A stretch of DNA of 64,000 bases from Zootoca vivipara (Eukaryota): the NCBI RefSeq assembly GCF_963506605.1, contig NC_083279.1:41850001-41914000 (forward strand), in the 5' to 3' direction. The notes under the pieces are model-generated. The model was not told the origin of the DNA, did not search any database, and worked only from the letters and a program-made list of their open reading frames with translations. Position numbers and translations under genes: made by a program. Positions 11,447 through 22,142 of this stretch are shown piece after piece (the stretch's first letter is position 1; each line of letters begins with the position of its first letter).

Positions 11447-12022
11447 CTATATGGTTTAGATTGAGCATGCTTCTCTTACCTTGGTTCTTTATTCATTTTC
11501 TAAAAGTTACATGCCTTGCAGTATCTGTTCTACAGATTTTCCTCTGTAAAGTGAAGCTCATTACATTTCTACTGATGTTCTGTCAGCAGGAGGTCTGTGT
11601 CGATTATTTTTTTGCTTCCGTGTAATGGATGCTGTTACATATTCAGTTGACTTCTGTTATTGAACCATTTTACCTCTGGTATTCTTTTGTGCATACTAGC
11701 AAAAATCAACTCTACCTAGCCTGGCCTTTCTAAATTCCTATCCTGGAGTTTTTCCACATGTTCACAATACAACACAGATTTCCAGACAAATGTAACCATT
11801 AATTTAATGTGGTACCAATGCAGTGCTAAGTTACCATCACTTTGCTGCACACTGGTGAAATGTTTTACACCAGGCAGGTTGCTTGTAACTTTGTTGCACA
11901 ATAGATTGTGAAATCTGTTGCACAAAAAGTTTCCATTAGCACAACTGTTGTGTTGGATTTGCCTCTTGTAGTACACTAAGACCCATTGATACAGCCTACT
12001 GGAATTAAGTGTTGATTTTTGG

Positions 12023-12122
12023 TTTTGGGACTACCATCATCCCTATCTAACAGGACCAGTGGTCAGGGATGATGGGAATTGTAGTCCCAAAACAGCTGGA
12101 GGGCCAAGTTTGGCCATCACTG
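12023..12122. mobile_element. Truncated hAT MITE copy
   Basis: Shares ctaacaggaccagtggtcagggatgatgggaattgtagtcc with the adjacent full copy. Confidence 0.75.
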
Positions 12123-12192
12123 ATTTACACTTTAAGAACACTGATCAAACTTGTTTTCTTTGTGTGTAATATGGCTTCAATAGGTTTTAAAC

Positions 12193-12328
12193 CAGGCATC
12201 CCCAAACTGCGGCCCTCCAGATGTTTTGGCCTACAACTCCCAAGATCCCTAGCTAACAGGACCAGTGGCCAGGGATGATGGGAATTGTAGTCCAAAACAT
12301 CTGGAGGGCCGAAGTTTGGGGATGCCTG
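12193..12328. mobile_element. hAT MITE, 136 bp, near-palindromic
   Basis: TIRs CAGGCATCCCCAAACT / AGTTTGGGGATGCCTG. 8-bp TSD TTTTAAAC at 12185-12192 and 12329-12336. Confidence 0.93.
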
Positions 12329-12439
12329 TTTTAAACTCTCTCTTTTATTAATTCCAACTTGTTTTGCATCCCTAAAGGCCATCTGATTCTTTATGTTCCA
12401 CATTGATCACTGAGATCCTGTGATGAGTACTTCTGGTCA

Positions 12440-12550
12440 TTTCCCATGCCCCCATGGTCAGCCTTCACTAGGAACCAAGCCTTTAATTTTGCAGATCCTG
12501 TCCTGTGGTACACTCTATCGGCAGAGCAGAGGTGTAAAAGATTTTTTTGC
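12440..12550 (+). mobile_element. Decayed L2 ORF2 C-terminal fragment
   Basis: TRNQAFNFADPVLWYTL resembles TRQRAFSVVAPALWNAL in the L2 at 56380-56430. Confidence 0.55.
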
Positions 12551-13588
12551 TCCTGTCAGTCCACCTGTCAGTCACATGTCATTATAATGTCACATGATTT
12601 GCAGGCTGGTATTCCAACCACTTGGTTTTGTTAAATTTGTATTTAAAATTATTATTAGACTATCTGTGCCAAAAGGGTAATTTCGTGTTACTGGAAATGA
12701 AAAATTCACATGTGGATGTATGGATGCTGCGGAGCACCAAATGTAGGGAAAACCTTGATTGTGAAATATACATCCAGTTTCACCCTAAGATTTTGGTCAT
12801 ATTTGATCAAAACGTTTGTTAATGTAAGAAAAAGTGTCAAAGCATGCCAGACACAGTCATGGTCCCTGAACAGGGTAAGTGTCCTCAGGTGTATCTAACA
12901 TAAGTCATGCGTATGTAATTTGGGGGTTAATTACTGCTGGTCTGGTCTGGTTAACATTATACCTGGTTTGTGGAAACCTAGACTTTCAAGCACTGCCAGT
13001 CTTGCATGTTTCACGAATGATAAAATCTATTGGAATGAAGGCATTGATTTTTAACTAAACCCGTGTTTTATGTTGTGCTTTCGGGACTAGCTATATTAAT
13101 CTTGCATTAAATACTTTTACAATATAACACTGTGAAATGAAAGTGGATACAAAAGAGTTCAAAATGAAAATGCCCAAAGCCCCTTTTAAGCTCTCGCCCT
13201 AGAGTCATGGTCTTACTTTCAAAAGACATCGATACACTGTAGCATGAATAACATCAAAATAATGACAGGCCACTCCTGAACTATTCAGTGTCATGGCTAT
13301 GACAAATGTGAAAACAAGGAAATACCTTAAGAATATCCCAGTGAATGTTTTTCTACTTCTAGATGAACTAGTAAAATTCATCAATCACAATCCTTTTTGC
13401 AGCCATTTATATAAATATATTTCGGAGTGTGACTGCAAGGCAGTCTGGTTGCAGAAAACTGTGAAATACTTGTCAGGAGCACTGCATTGTTCTTACATTC
13501 TGAAATATATGTATATGTTAAGATTTGTGAAGACGTCAGCTAATCAGAAACTAAGACTTTGGACACTTATATTAAGAAAAGCTATTAT

Positions 13589-13860
13589 CAGTGCTTTTTT
13601 CTTTAAAAATGTTTAGGGATACTCTCATTTTGACTCAAGAAAATGACCATTTTATAGTTCAAATTGGGGAAAATATATACAGTAAATGGACAAAAGTTCA
13701 AAGATTCACAAAATGTTTAGGGGTATGCATACCCCTGCGTCATAGCTGCCAAGTTATCCCATTTTTTTAAGGGATTTTCCCTTGTGCTGAATAGGCTTCC
13801 TCGCGAGAAAAGGGAAAACTTGGCAGCTATGCCCTGCGTCTCCCCAGAAAAAAAGCACTG
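13589..13860. mobile_element. hAT MITE (outer element)
   Basis: TIRs CAGTGCTTTTTT / AAAAAAGCACTG. 8-bp TSD GCTATTAT at 13581-13588 and 13861-13868. Confidence 0.9.
13741..13831. mobile_element. hAT MITE, 91 bp, nested inside 13589-13860
   Basis: Perfect 15-bp TIR CATAGCTGCCAAGTT / AACTTGGCAGCTATG. 8-bp TSD CCCTGCGT at 13733-13740 and 13832-13839. Confidence 0.92.
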
Positions 13861-13971
13861 GCTATTATTATTTATTATGCAAGGTGTAGAAATTCAGGAA
13901 TCATGTGCCTACCCATCCTGGTTTCTGTAAGAGACCTGCCACTCAGCAGAAGATGTGGAAAGCAAGTCTCT

Positions 13972-14020
13972 TAGAATCAAAGAATTTTAGAGTTGGACAA
14001 GAGTCATCTAGTCCAACTGA
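13972..14020 (-). mobile_element. CR1 3' tail fragment
   Basis: tagaatcaaagaattttagagttgga...gtcatctagtccaac. Confidence 0.65.
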
Positions 14021-15169
14021 CCAAACAATCTCCCATCAGAACACTCTTCCAGAAATTACTCCTTTTATTTGCACTCCCAAAGTGCTGTCTCCACCCCACT
14101 CTCACTAGCTGTCTTGGTAGCCAATCAGAGAGAGGCTCCAGCAATGTGGCGGAATTCTGCGGCACTGCATCACTAAACTGTGGTCTAGCTCAACTGTCTG
14201 TCTCACCTACAAATCCCCATTCATTCAAAAATGCAGCACTTTCTAGGCAAATCCATCTGTTTCTGGTCATTTTCACTTGCATTCATCAGCCTGCCCCTTT
14301 TCTGCATTAATTTGCATTTTAAAAGCACAAATTGAGCTCTGAAAATTTTATTTAAGCATTCATCCTGAAAAATATGCATTTTAAAAAAAACATACTTTGA
14401 TGTGAACAGTGTTGCAATATTTAGAAACTGCAAATGCAAATGGACAATGAAATTGAAGTCCACACACTAGACCAGGTGGGGCAAATATCCAATTGCTTGA
14501 GCATTCCTGGCCCTTTTCTCCCAGGTGTGTTGATGCAGGTTATTGGCATGGTGCTGGAAGAAAGCTTTGGCAGGCTGGATTGTGCACAGGTATTGTGCTG
14601 TTTTGCTTGACCTAAATAAACAGGAAATGCCACAGAAAAGAATGTGGTAGTACTGAGATAGGATTTCCCGGTCAATTTTCATATTAGCTTCCTGAATTTG
14701 AGTTTTTCTTGCATTCATGAGCTGATTCATTAGAACTGCGTCATATCTCATTTATCCTTTTTCTCTGTCTTGTTCCATCCAAGGCAAATGTAATGTTGAA
14801 GGGGAATATTAATGTGTTTGCATAGGCTTGTCCTGCTTACAAAGAATGTCTGTTAGCATGTTCTTTACACTCATTCTACTGGGACCCACAGGAGTAAAGA
14901 ACAGAATGAATTTTTCTATAGATCAGCAGCAGGTAAATGTAGGCTATCTGCTGCTGTGGTTTATGTGGCCAGGTGAATTTGGAAGCTAGACAAGCAATTT
15001 TTCTTTGAGGTTATTAAAGAAATTATTCATTAAGATCTATTTCATGAGATGTGCAAGCAAACAATCTGTTCTGCTATGCAGTGTAGACTACTGGATAGTA
15101 ATATAATTAGCGGAGAGAGGCAGCCCCATGATATTTATAGATTTAGTAAGATGTTTGCAGTTACACTAA

Positions 15170-15199
15170 AATAATAATAATAATAATAATAATAATAAT
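15170..15199. repeat. (AAT)n microsatellite
   Basis: Read directly from the sequence. Confidence 0.95.
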
Positions 15200-15259
15200 C
15201 ACAAAACACTTTCAAAGAATTAATTTCTGCTTGTTTTGAGGTCTCCTGGCATCAATTCT

Positions 15260-15500
15260 CACACATTTCCCGATGAGTCTGCTTTCTACCATATCACAAT
15301 CCCAATTATTAACGTTGCTGTTAGATGCTGTGCTCTTGAAGGAGCCACTATCCCGAACTCACTGAGCTTGTTCCCATGTCCCCAGTCCCGATCTGCCACT
15401 CCTAACAACAGAAATATCGACACCATATCTCTCAATGTCAAATGCTTTATCAAATCTCATGAGATAGAGAAGATCCTGAAATGGAAAGACATCTGAACGG
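15260..15500 (-). mobile_element. Possible ancient CR1-like RT fragment
   Basis: The minus strand reads ...YLMRFDKAFDIERYGVDISVVR..., resembling CR1 YLDFxKAFD...YGLD..TVRW. Heavily decayed. Confidence 0.35.
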
Positions 15501-15717
15501 GGTGACCAACCAGTCACCCAAGTAGGTATGCTGTGCTTCAGACAGTGGCTTGGCAGACAGCATAGCAGCGTATGTAGTGCCACCCCACAAAGAGTGTTAG
15601 AACAATATACTTCAGACAAGACACAGTATTTGCATAATGCAAAGTGGGTTGGGGAGACAGTGGCAGCAGTTGTATATTCCCTTACTTACCTGTGTGCCCT
15701 GGCTTCCCCAGTTGAGT

Positions 15718-15786
15718 GGGATGAGCGCCGCAACCCCAGAGTCGTTCACGACTGGACCTAATGGTCAGGGGTCCCTTTACCTTTTT
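15718..15786 (+). mobile_element. Sauria SINE 3' fragment
   Basis: gatgagcgccgcaaccccagagtcg...ggacctaatggtcaggggtccctttacc matches 26018-26083. Confidence 0.9.
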
Positions 15787-17689
15787 ATTTGTGTATAAAG
15801 TCCCCAGGTGAGGTAGCTGTTGGGGTTCTAGGTAGAGAAGTGTTAGCAATGTGTCGAAGTTCCCATGTGTGTTATGCTTTTTTGTGCCATGCCGCTTTCC
15901 CTGAGCTTCCCAAAATCTCTGTTCTACCCTGTGGGCTCTGTAATTGACACGAGGCCAGAGAAATCACCCTGCCATCTGAGCCTTGTGTGACATTCATACA
16001 CTGGTGTTGCTGTGCTTTGTTTGGATATCCTATGCTCTGCCATGGTGTCATGGATGAGGCTGTCACTGACAATGGATGCATTCAGACAACACTTTATTCC
16101 ATTTCCCTAATTCCACCCCCACCCCACCCTGATCATTTCCACATTTTATGAGATATTTCACATGACATAAAAGCCACTTCTGTAAATCACAGGGAAGTTT
16201 AGCACTCACTTCCATGCTAATTGCCTCCAGGAAAAACAATCTATTTTCAACTCTGTTAACCTGGAATGGCATGGGAATGTTCTGCTGTAATTTTCCTGCC
16301 ATGTGATTAAATTTGTGGCGGTATTCTGGCATACAGTTATTTCCTGCCATTTTGATGGGTGAATTATGGGGTAACAGAAGCATACATGCACACGAAGGGT
16401 GGTGTCATGCCCAATGACATCTGCTGTTGTGTTACACCATGTTCACGGGTGAATGACACTTAGTACAACACGGTGGCTTATTGTTCAAAAAGCCACAGTT
16501 CTGTAAAGTGAAAGGTATTGCAGAGTAAAGGGAACACTAGAACTCATGATAGGAGTGCTAGCATTATAACTAGCAAAACTAAAGCAAGAATCTCCATGTC
16601 TGAAAAGCAAGGACAAGGAAAGCTATTTATTTTTCTATGGAAGTGAATTGAGTGCAAATTTGGTGCAGTTGGTGCAGATATGTATAAGGCTTCCCTATAA
16701 TTGGGGGCATAGCTGTAAAGGGTATAGAACATGCTACAAGTATGCTTGCTATGTCCTACTCATGTCCTCTTTTAGTCATTCTGTAAGCAACGATCTTTCT
16801 CAAAATATGTAAGGTACTCCTCCAGCATATCTGTCATAGAAGGGTTTTTTCAGACTCCTAGAGGTCTTCAGCTGGATGATCTTCTGTATAGAATTGTCCC
16901 GTAATTGTTTTCTAAATGCTTTAAGTACCTTTTTTTTAATAAAGAGAAGAAACAACAATAATAATAATCGAATGAAGAGGGAAGGTCTCTGGTACAGAAA
17001 TCAGGCACATTTTGCTGTTGACAACTAGCAATCCTGATCTGTGATGTGTAATTCTATTGGCCTATAAGTCTATATTCAACATTGTGCTGAGGTCTGTTAA
17101 ACATTGATAAGCTGTTATTTCTGTGGTAGGCCCTCTGAGACCATTGTGCCTAAATGCCATAAAGACCTGGATTAGGTTTATGCATTGTCAGGATACATCT
17201 TAATATAGTCATTATTTTTTGTAAAGGTACTGGGCCAGCTTTGGAGGGAGCAGTATTAGCATCAGTATGATTGTAATGCTTAGCTTGCTGGAATATCAAT
17301 TCTTAACATGCAGTTTAAATAGCAGTATTACACTTCTTCTTTTGACCTTCCAAGCGGATTTGCCAGCATCAGAAACTGCAACAGTGCTGAAGCTCCGTGT
17401 GATATTCTTATGTTTACCTTCCTATGAGAGACCAAATCTTTATTTAGCACAGGAGTAACTTCCACTTCATCAGAAATACGAATGAGCTTAATTCTGTATT
17501 AGATTCTCCATGAATTTGCAGTATTGCAGCAACACTCATCTAAACTAAGTCAAGGCATGAGCATATCTGTCCCTGGGAAAACTATCCTCAAGCCATACTT
17601 AAACTATAGATTAGTTCTGTTTTACCCCTCCCACATCCACAGATTACCTTCCTTCTTAACTTTGACCATGGGCATGAAAACTGCAACAA

Positions 17690-18250
17690 AATGATTGCCT
17701 TATACATTAGTCTCAAGGCAATTTACAAACATACCTTAAAAACATTGAAATGTAGTTTTTGAGGCAGTACCAAAACCAACAACTATTAAATGTAGATTTT
17801 AAAACAATACAAAAATAATACCTAAGCCAGAGCCTTTTCATTCAGCTGGAAAACCTGAAACATCTTGACAGGAATGGTATTCCACAGAATAGGAGCACCC
17901 ACATGCTACTGATATTTTTGCAATTTGCAGGAGAAGTTCTGTCACAGACCACAATGATCTACTGGGTATATAAGGGCTAAGATCATCTCTGCTCTGTCTA
18001 GGGCCTAGTATACATTAGTACCAAAAACCCTGAACTTGGTTGGTAGCAGATTGGCACCCAGCGCAGCTCTTGGAAACATTGTGCTATATGCTGGCAGTAA
18101 TTTTCCCCCAGAAGCAGCCTAGCCACTATGTTTTGCACTAGGATTAGCTTCCAGAGCAACCTCAGCAGTAACCCCACATAGACCGCATTGCAGTAATCCA
18201 GCCTTGAGATTACTGATACATGGGGAACTATAGTAAAGCTTTGCCAATCC
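17690..18250 (-). mobile_element. Decayed L2 LINE 3' portion
   Basis: The minus strand reads SRLDYCNAVYVGLLLRLLWKLILVQNIVARLL, homologous to SRLDYCNALYVGLPLKVTRKLQL in 55719..56129. Confidence 0.75.
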
Positions 18251-18255
18251 AGGTT

Positions 18256-18401
18256 TAGTCATGCTGGTCACATGACCCAGAAAGCTGTCTGTGGACTAAC
18301 ACCGGCTCCCTCGGCCTGAAGTGAGATGAGCTCCGTACCGCATAGTTACCTTTGACTGGACTTAACTGTCCAGGCCCAGGGGTCTTTTACCTTTACCTTA
18401 T
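18256..18401 (+). mobile_element. Sauria SINE 3' half
   Basis: gtcatgctggtcacatgacc...acaccggctccctcggcc...gactggac...ttacctttacctt matches the 3' half of 25733-26083. Confidence 0.85.
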
Positions 18402-19834
18402 TATGAGAACATGCATTATCTAAGGTGATCTACCTGATTGTTGGCTGATATCTCCATCAGTGTTAATCCTGGTGAAGAGAGGCTATCCACTGACACAAAT
18501 CTAATGGGGAAATCCCACCAGCACGCCACTAGGGATGTTCTGTGGCCAGTCAGCTCCTGTCTGGGCTTTCAGAAAGAACCCTACCCATCTACACCTTTAT
18601 CTGGGTTCCACTTTGGGGAGTGGGACACTCACCCCTAGCTTTAGACCAACCCAATGCCTTTTTTTCTGCCAATAGGTTGTGACAATTGCTATGAGGAAGG
18701 AAAGCCCCCTGACAGGCCCAATACATCTGCAGGCAAATTCATTCAGGGCCCCAAATACGGCAACTGAATAGTTCCACAGCAAGGTCATGTATGTGCACTT
18801 CCTGCTTATCACTGTGCAGAGGCACAATATACAAGGTGGGTGGGTAGCACCAATGGGTGGGTGGGTAGCACCAATTCAGACTGTGCTGCCAGGTACCAAT
18901 GCAGCTGGGTTTTATGACCACAAACAGACCTCACCGAAGACTGGTTCAGGCAGGTCTGCCAGAAGGGCATCACCCACCCCTCTGGGTCTCTGATTGGCCT
19001 ATTTAAATGTAAAATTATTTGGCGGGCAAGCCCCCACAGTTGGCCAAGGCCAATCTTTTCATCAGCCAACTGTGCAGGCTAACTGCCTCTCCCCCTCAGC
19101 TCCCCACTGGGCCTCAGCAGCCACCACCATGGGAATTATGGTAAGCTGTCTTTGTCATTCTGTGATATACAAAAATAATTTTTATTCCTTACGCAGCTAT
19201 AGCAGAATTCAGCAAGTCCAGATACATTTCTACAAGCTATTACACATCACTCAATCCAAATATTTCACTCATTCTTCCTATAGATTCATAGACAAATCGT
19301 CTACTTAAGAACCTTTATTTCTGTTTGCTTGTTTTGTCACTCTACAGCTTTGTGATCAGAACAAACATGTAGCTGTTCATTCCTTTGAACAACATCTATC
19401 AGTCTCCAGAGGCTTTCCCCCTTTCTTGTTAGAACTACTAAATGGACCAGGCTCTTGAAGCAAACAATTCAGTTTATCAGCTGGTAGCATTGTAAAACAT
19501 ACGGCCTAAACACACTGGATGCAGTGAGATAAACTCAGTCCTCTTCTTACCACTTGGTATTGTCTATTTGTACTCATTTTGTCTGACTGGCTATTCTCTC
19601 TTATGTATAGTCCCAAGAGTATGCCTTAAATGTATTAGTTGCCATATTTTGCTGTCAGGGCAGGTATTGGGAACGGGTGTCTCCCACCGCTCTTCTGCAT
19701 CAAGCCAGCCCATTACATTTGCTTAAAATACACTTTTGAATCAAATTTTGAAATTTTTGTTTGAAGTTTTGATAGAGCTTTAAGCTAAACCTAAATTTTG
19801 AGCTGAATGTTGGGATTCTTGCTTGGGGAAAGCA

Positions 19835-19960
19835 TCTGAGAGAAAGAAAACCTTCATAACATCAGAATCCAAGGTCATCCAATGAAGCTGAGGATTTAGG
19901 ACAAAAGTCCATCCTCACACAGTACATAACTATGAATTGGCTACCATAAGATGTAATGTG
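19835..19960 (+). mobile_element. Decayed CR1 ORF2 C-terminus
   Basis: ...agaatccaaggtcatccaatgaagctg...tttaggaca..., resembling CR1 'TRGHPMKL...FRT'. Confidence 0.5.
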
Positions 19961-20787
19961 TAATCTAGTGAGAAGCTTGTTATGGGAGTACTTCATAAGT
20001 ATCCCTAGCAATAAATTAATATATTCTGTTTAAGCTAGCTTCAAAACATTTTTGGCATACATATTCACAGTGAACATTAGTTTTCCTGTGGTGTCAGTTA
20101 TAGCCATCATGACCTGATATCCATGACTTTTATGTTGCCACTCCTATGGCAAGTTATAATAGAAGTTCCAACTGGTAAAATGTTGATAAGAACAAGGGTT
20201 TATTGTGTTACATTCTCATGGAGGAATGAGAAATGCAAATTATAGTTCCAACTGATTATATTTAGAGACTGCTAACATGCATTCACTTGATTAGAGTCAC
20301 AACAGCATGTGTCCAATAGGGACTTCATATGCATTTCTTGCTACTTATACAGATAAACAAACTCTAACATATTTATTCTAGGAAATCATGCCAAGGTTAC
20401 CTCCAGACTGTCACTATCTTGTGAGAGGGATTCAGTCACAAACCGTAAATTTAGATCTACACAGCTAGAGCACATTAAAGTGCTCTGACTCTGGTACATC
20501 AAAACAACTTTTTTTTTAAAAAAAAAAGTTGATTTCATGCACGAGGCAAGTGATAGTGAAATGCACTAAAAAGTTTGCATTTTGATGGATGGATGGAAAG
20601 GCATATAAGTTTCCTGCAAACAAATCAGGATGAATGCTTAATAAATAGGGGAAATGTACAAGCTTTGTGCAAGGGAATCAGGATGATTGCTCAGCAAACA
20701 TTTTGTCTGGAGGAGTTCCAAGTGTCATATTTTACTATGCCTGAGGTGAAACTTCCCAGATAATAAACTTTTGAATTCAGGGATTGG

Positions 20788-20811
20788 GAGAGAGAGAGAG
20801 AGAGAGAGAGA
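20788..20811. repeat. (GA)n microsatellite
   Basis: Read directly from the sequence. Confidence 0.9.
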
Positions 20812-22077
20812 TGAGGAATGTGCAACTAGGGAAGGGGAATGGCATAAGAAGGGCAGCAAGAACAAATGTGAGGTTCAGACAGCTAGACAGAAAAAAGTGC
20901 CCCAACCATGCCATAACCTAGTGGTAAACACATTATGGTATTTTCACTGTTTTTTATAAATACTCAACCCCGCCTGTGAATGGACCTGCAAAATTCAGGG
21001 TTTCTACAAGCCATACATTTTACACATATACCCTGTTTGGACATTCAGTCCATGTGATGGCTAGCAGAGGATTGGCGCAGCTACTGGCCATGCCCCCACA
21101 ATGGCATCAGGACCAGCCCTCCCCCTAGCCCAGCCCATTCATTGGAGAAACACTTGTAGATGGAAGCCTGCTTTCTGCATTGCTTCCCCTGTGAGATGGA
21201 AACTTCACTGCACAGGATTCTACCCCCTCCCTCCAAAAAAAATAGGCATATACCATTTAGCAAGCCATTTAAAATCCCGACGGCTGTTGTTTCTCCATAA
21301 CCATAAATGTATCTTACTGAGCCACACTGTAGAAATTTAGTAAGATTTTCCTACATGCTTGTGTTCTGTGTTCTCTTTAAAAAAAAATGTGTTTAGATGA
21401 CTCTTTGATTGCCCAAAGCAGCTTTGTCCACAGTGATTGTTTTCTGTATCTCAACATAACATTTGTTTGGGCAATCTCCCTTCCTATTATTATTTTTTTA
21501 CATTTTTAAGTGGCTTACAGGAAACTAGGGTGCTGGATTGGGGGATATTTTTTTTGAAAAAATCTTCATCAACTGTTTGGCTAAATCATGTGGCAGGGCT
21601 TTATTGGAGCCACAGACCAGAATATAGAGGCATCATACAAGAGATGGGCTAAACTAGGGCTACAACTTTATTTAACCCAATAAAGAGATCTGCAGCAAAA
21701 CTAGATGTGTGTGAATCATTTGAGGTAGGATAAGCCTTGCTACCAGCTCTTTATCTATGTATTTGCTTCCACCTAGCCAGGCACTTCTTGGTTGAAGGAG
21801 GTCCTTTTTATTCAGTGTCTCACCCAAAAGTCTGGTTATTTGTTCTGCGTGAGATTGAAAGGGGATATTGTTATTTCAGCACCCACAGTTCTTTAGAGAG
21901 AGTCTAGGGTACCCCCCCTTCACCCTAATGACATCTCGAAGAGTGTTCACATAAGATTGACTAATCTGATTTGCTGCAATGCCACACAGTTCTGTCCCAA
22001 GTCCTTGATCAGGCTGACAGGTTAAACTCATGGTCGGCTTGTGAGCTTTTCATAAGTGTTCCCATAAGCATCCCATA

Positions 22078-22142
22078 AGCCACTGTGAGAACAGGATACT
22101 AGACTAGATGGGCCTTTGATCTGATCCAGCTCTTATATTCTT
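22078..22142 (+). mobile_element. CR1-type 3' tail
   Basis: gccactgtgagaacaggatactagactagatgggcctttgatctgatccagctcttatattct. Confidence 0.7.

Noticed and set aside
18835-18875. Tandem duplication of ggtgggtgggtagcaccaat
   Set aside because: A real local duplication, but isolated within a probable decayed repeat and with no further structure.
21721-21742. let-7-like TGAGGTAG, and miR-15/16-like TAGCAGCA near 51212 and 51991
   Set aside because: Only the seed-length words match. The rest of the mature sequence and a precursor hairpin are absent.
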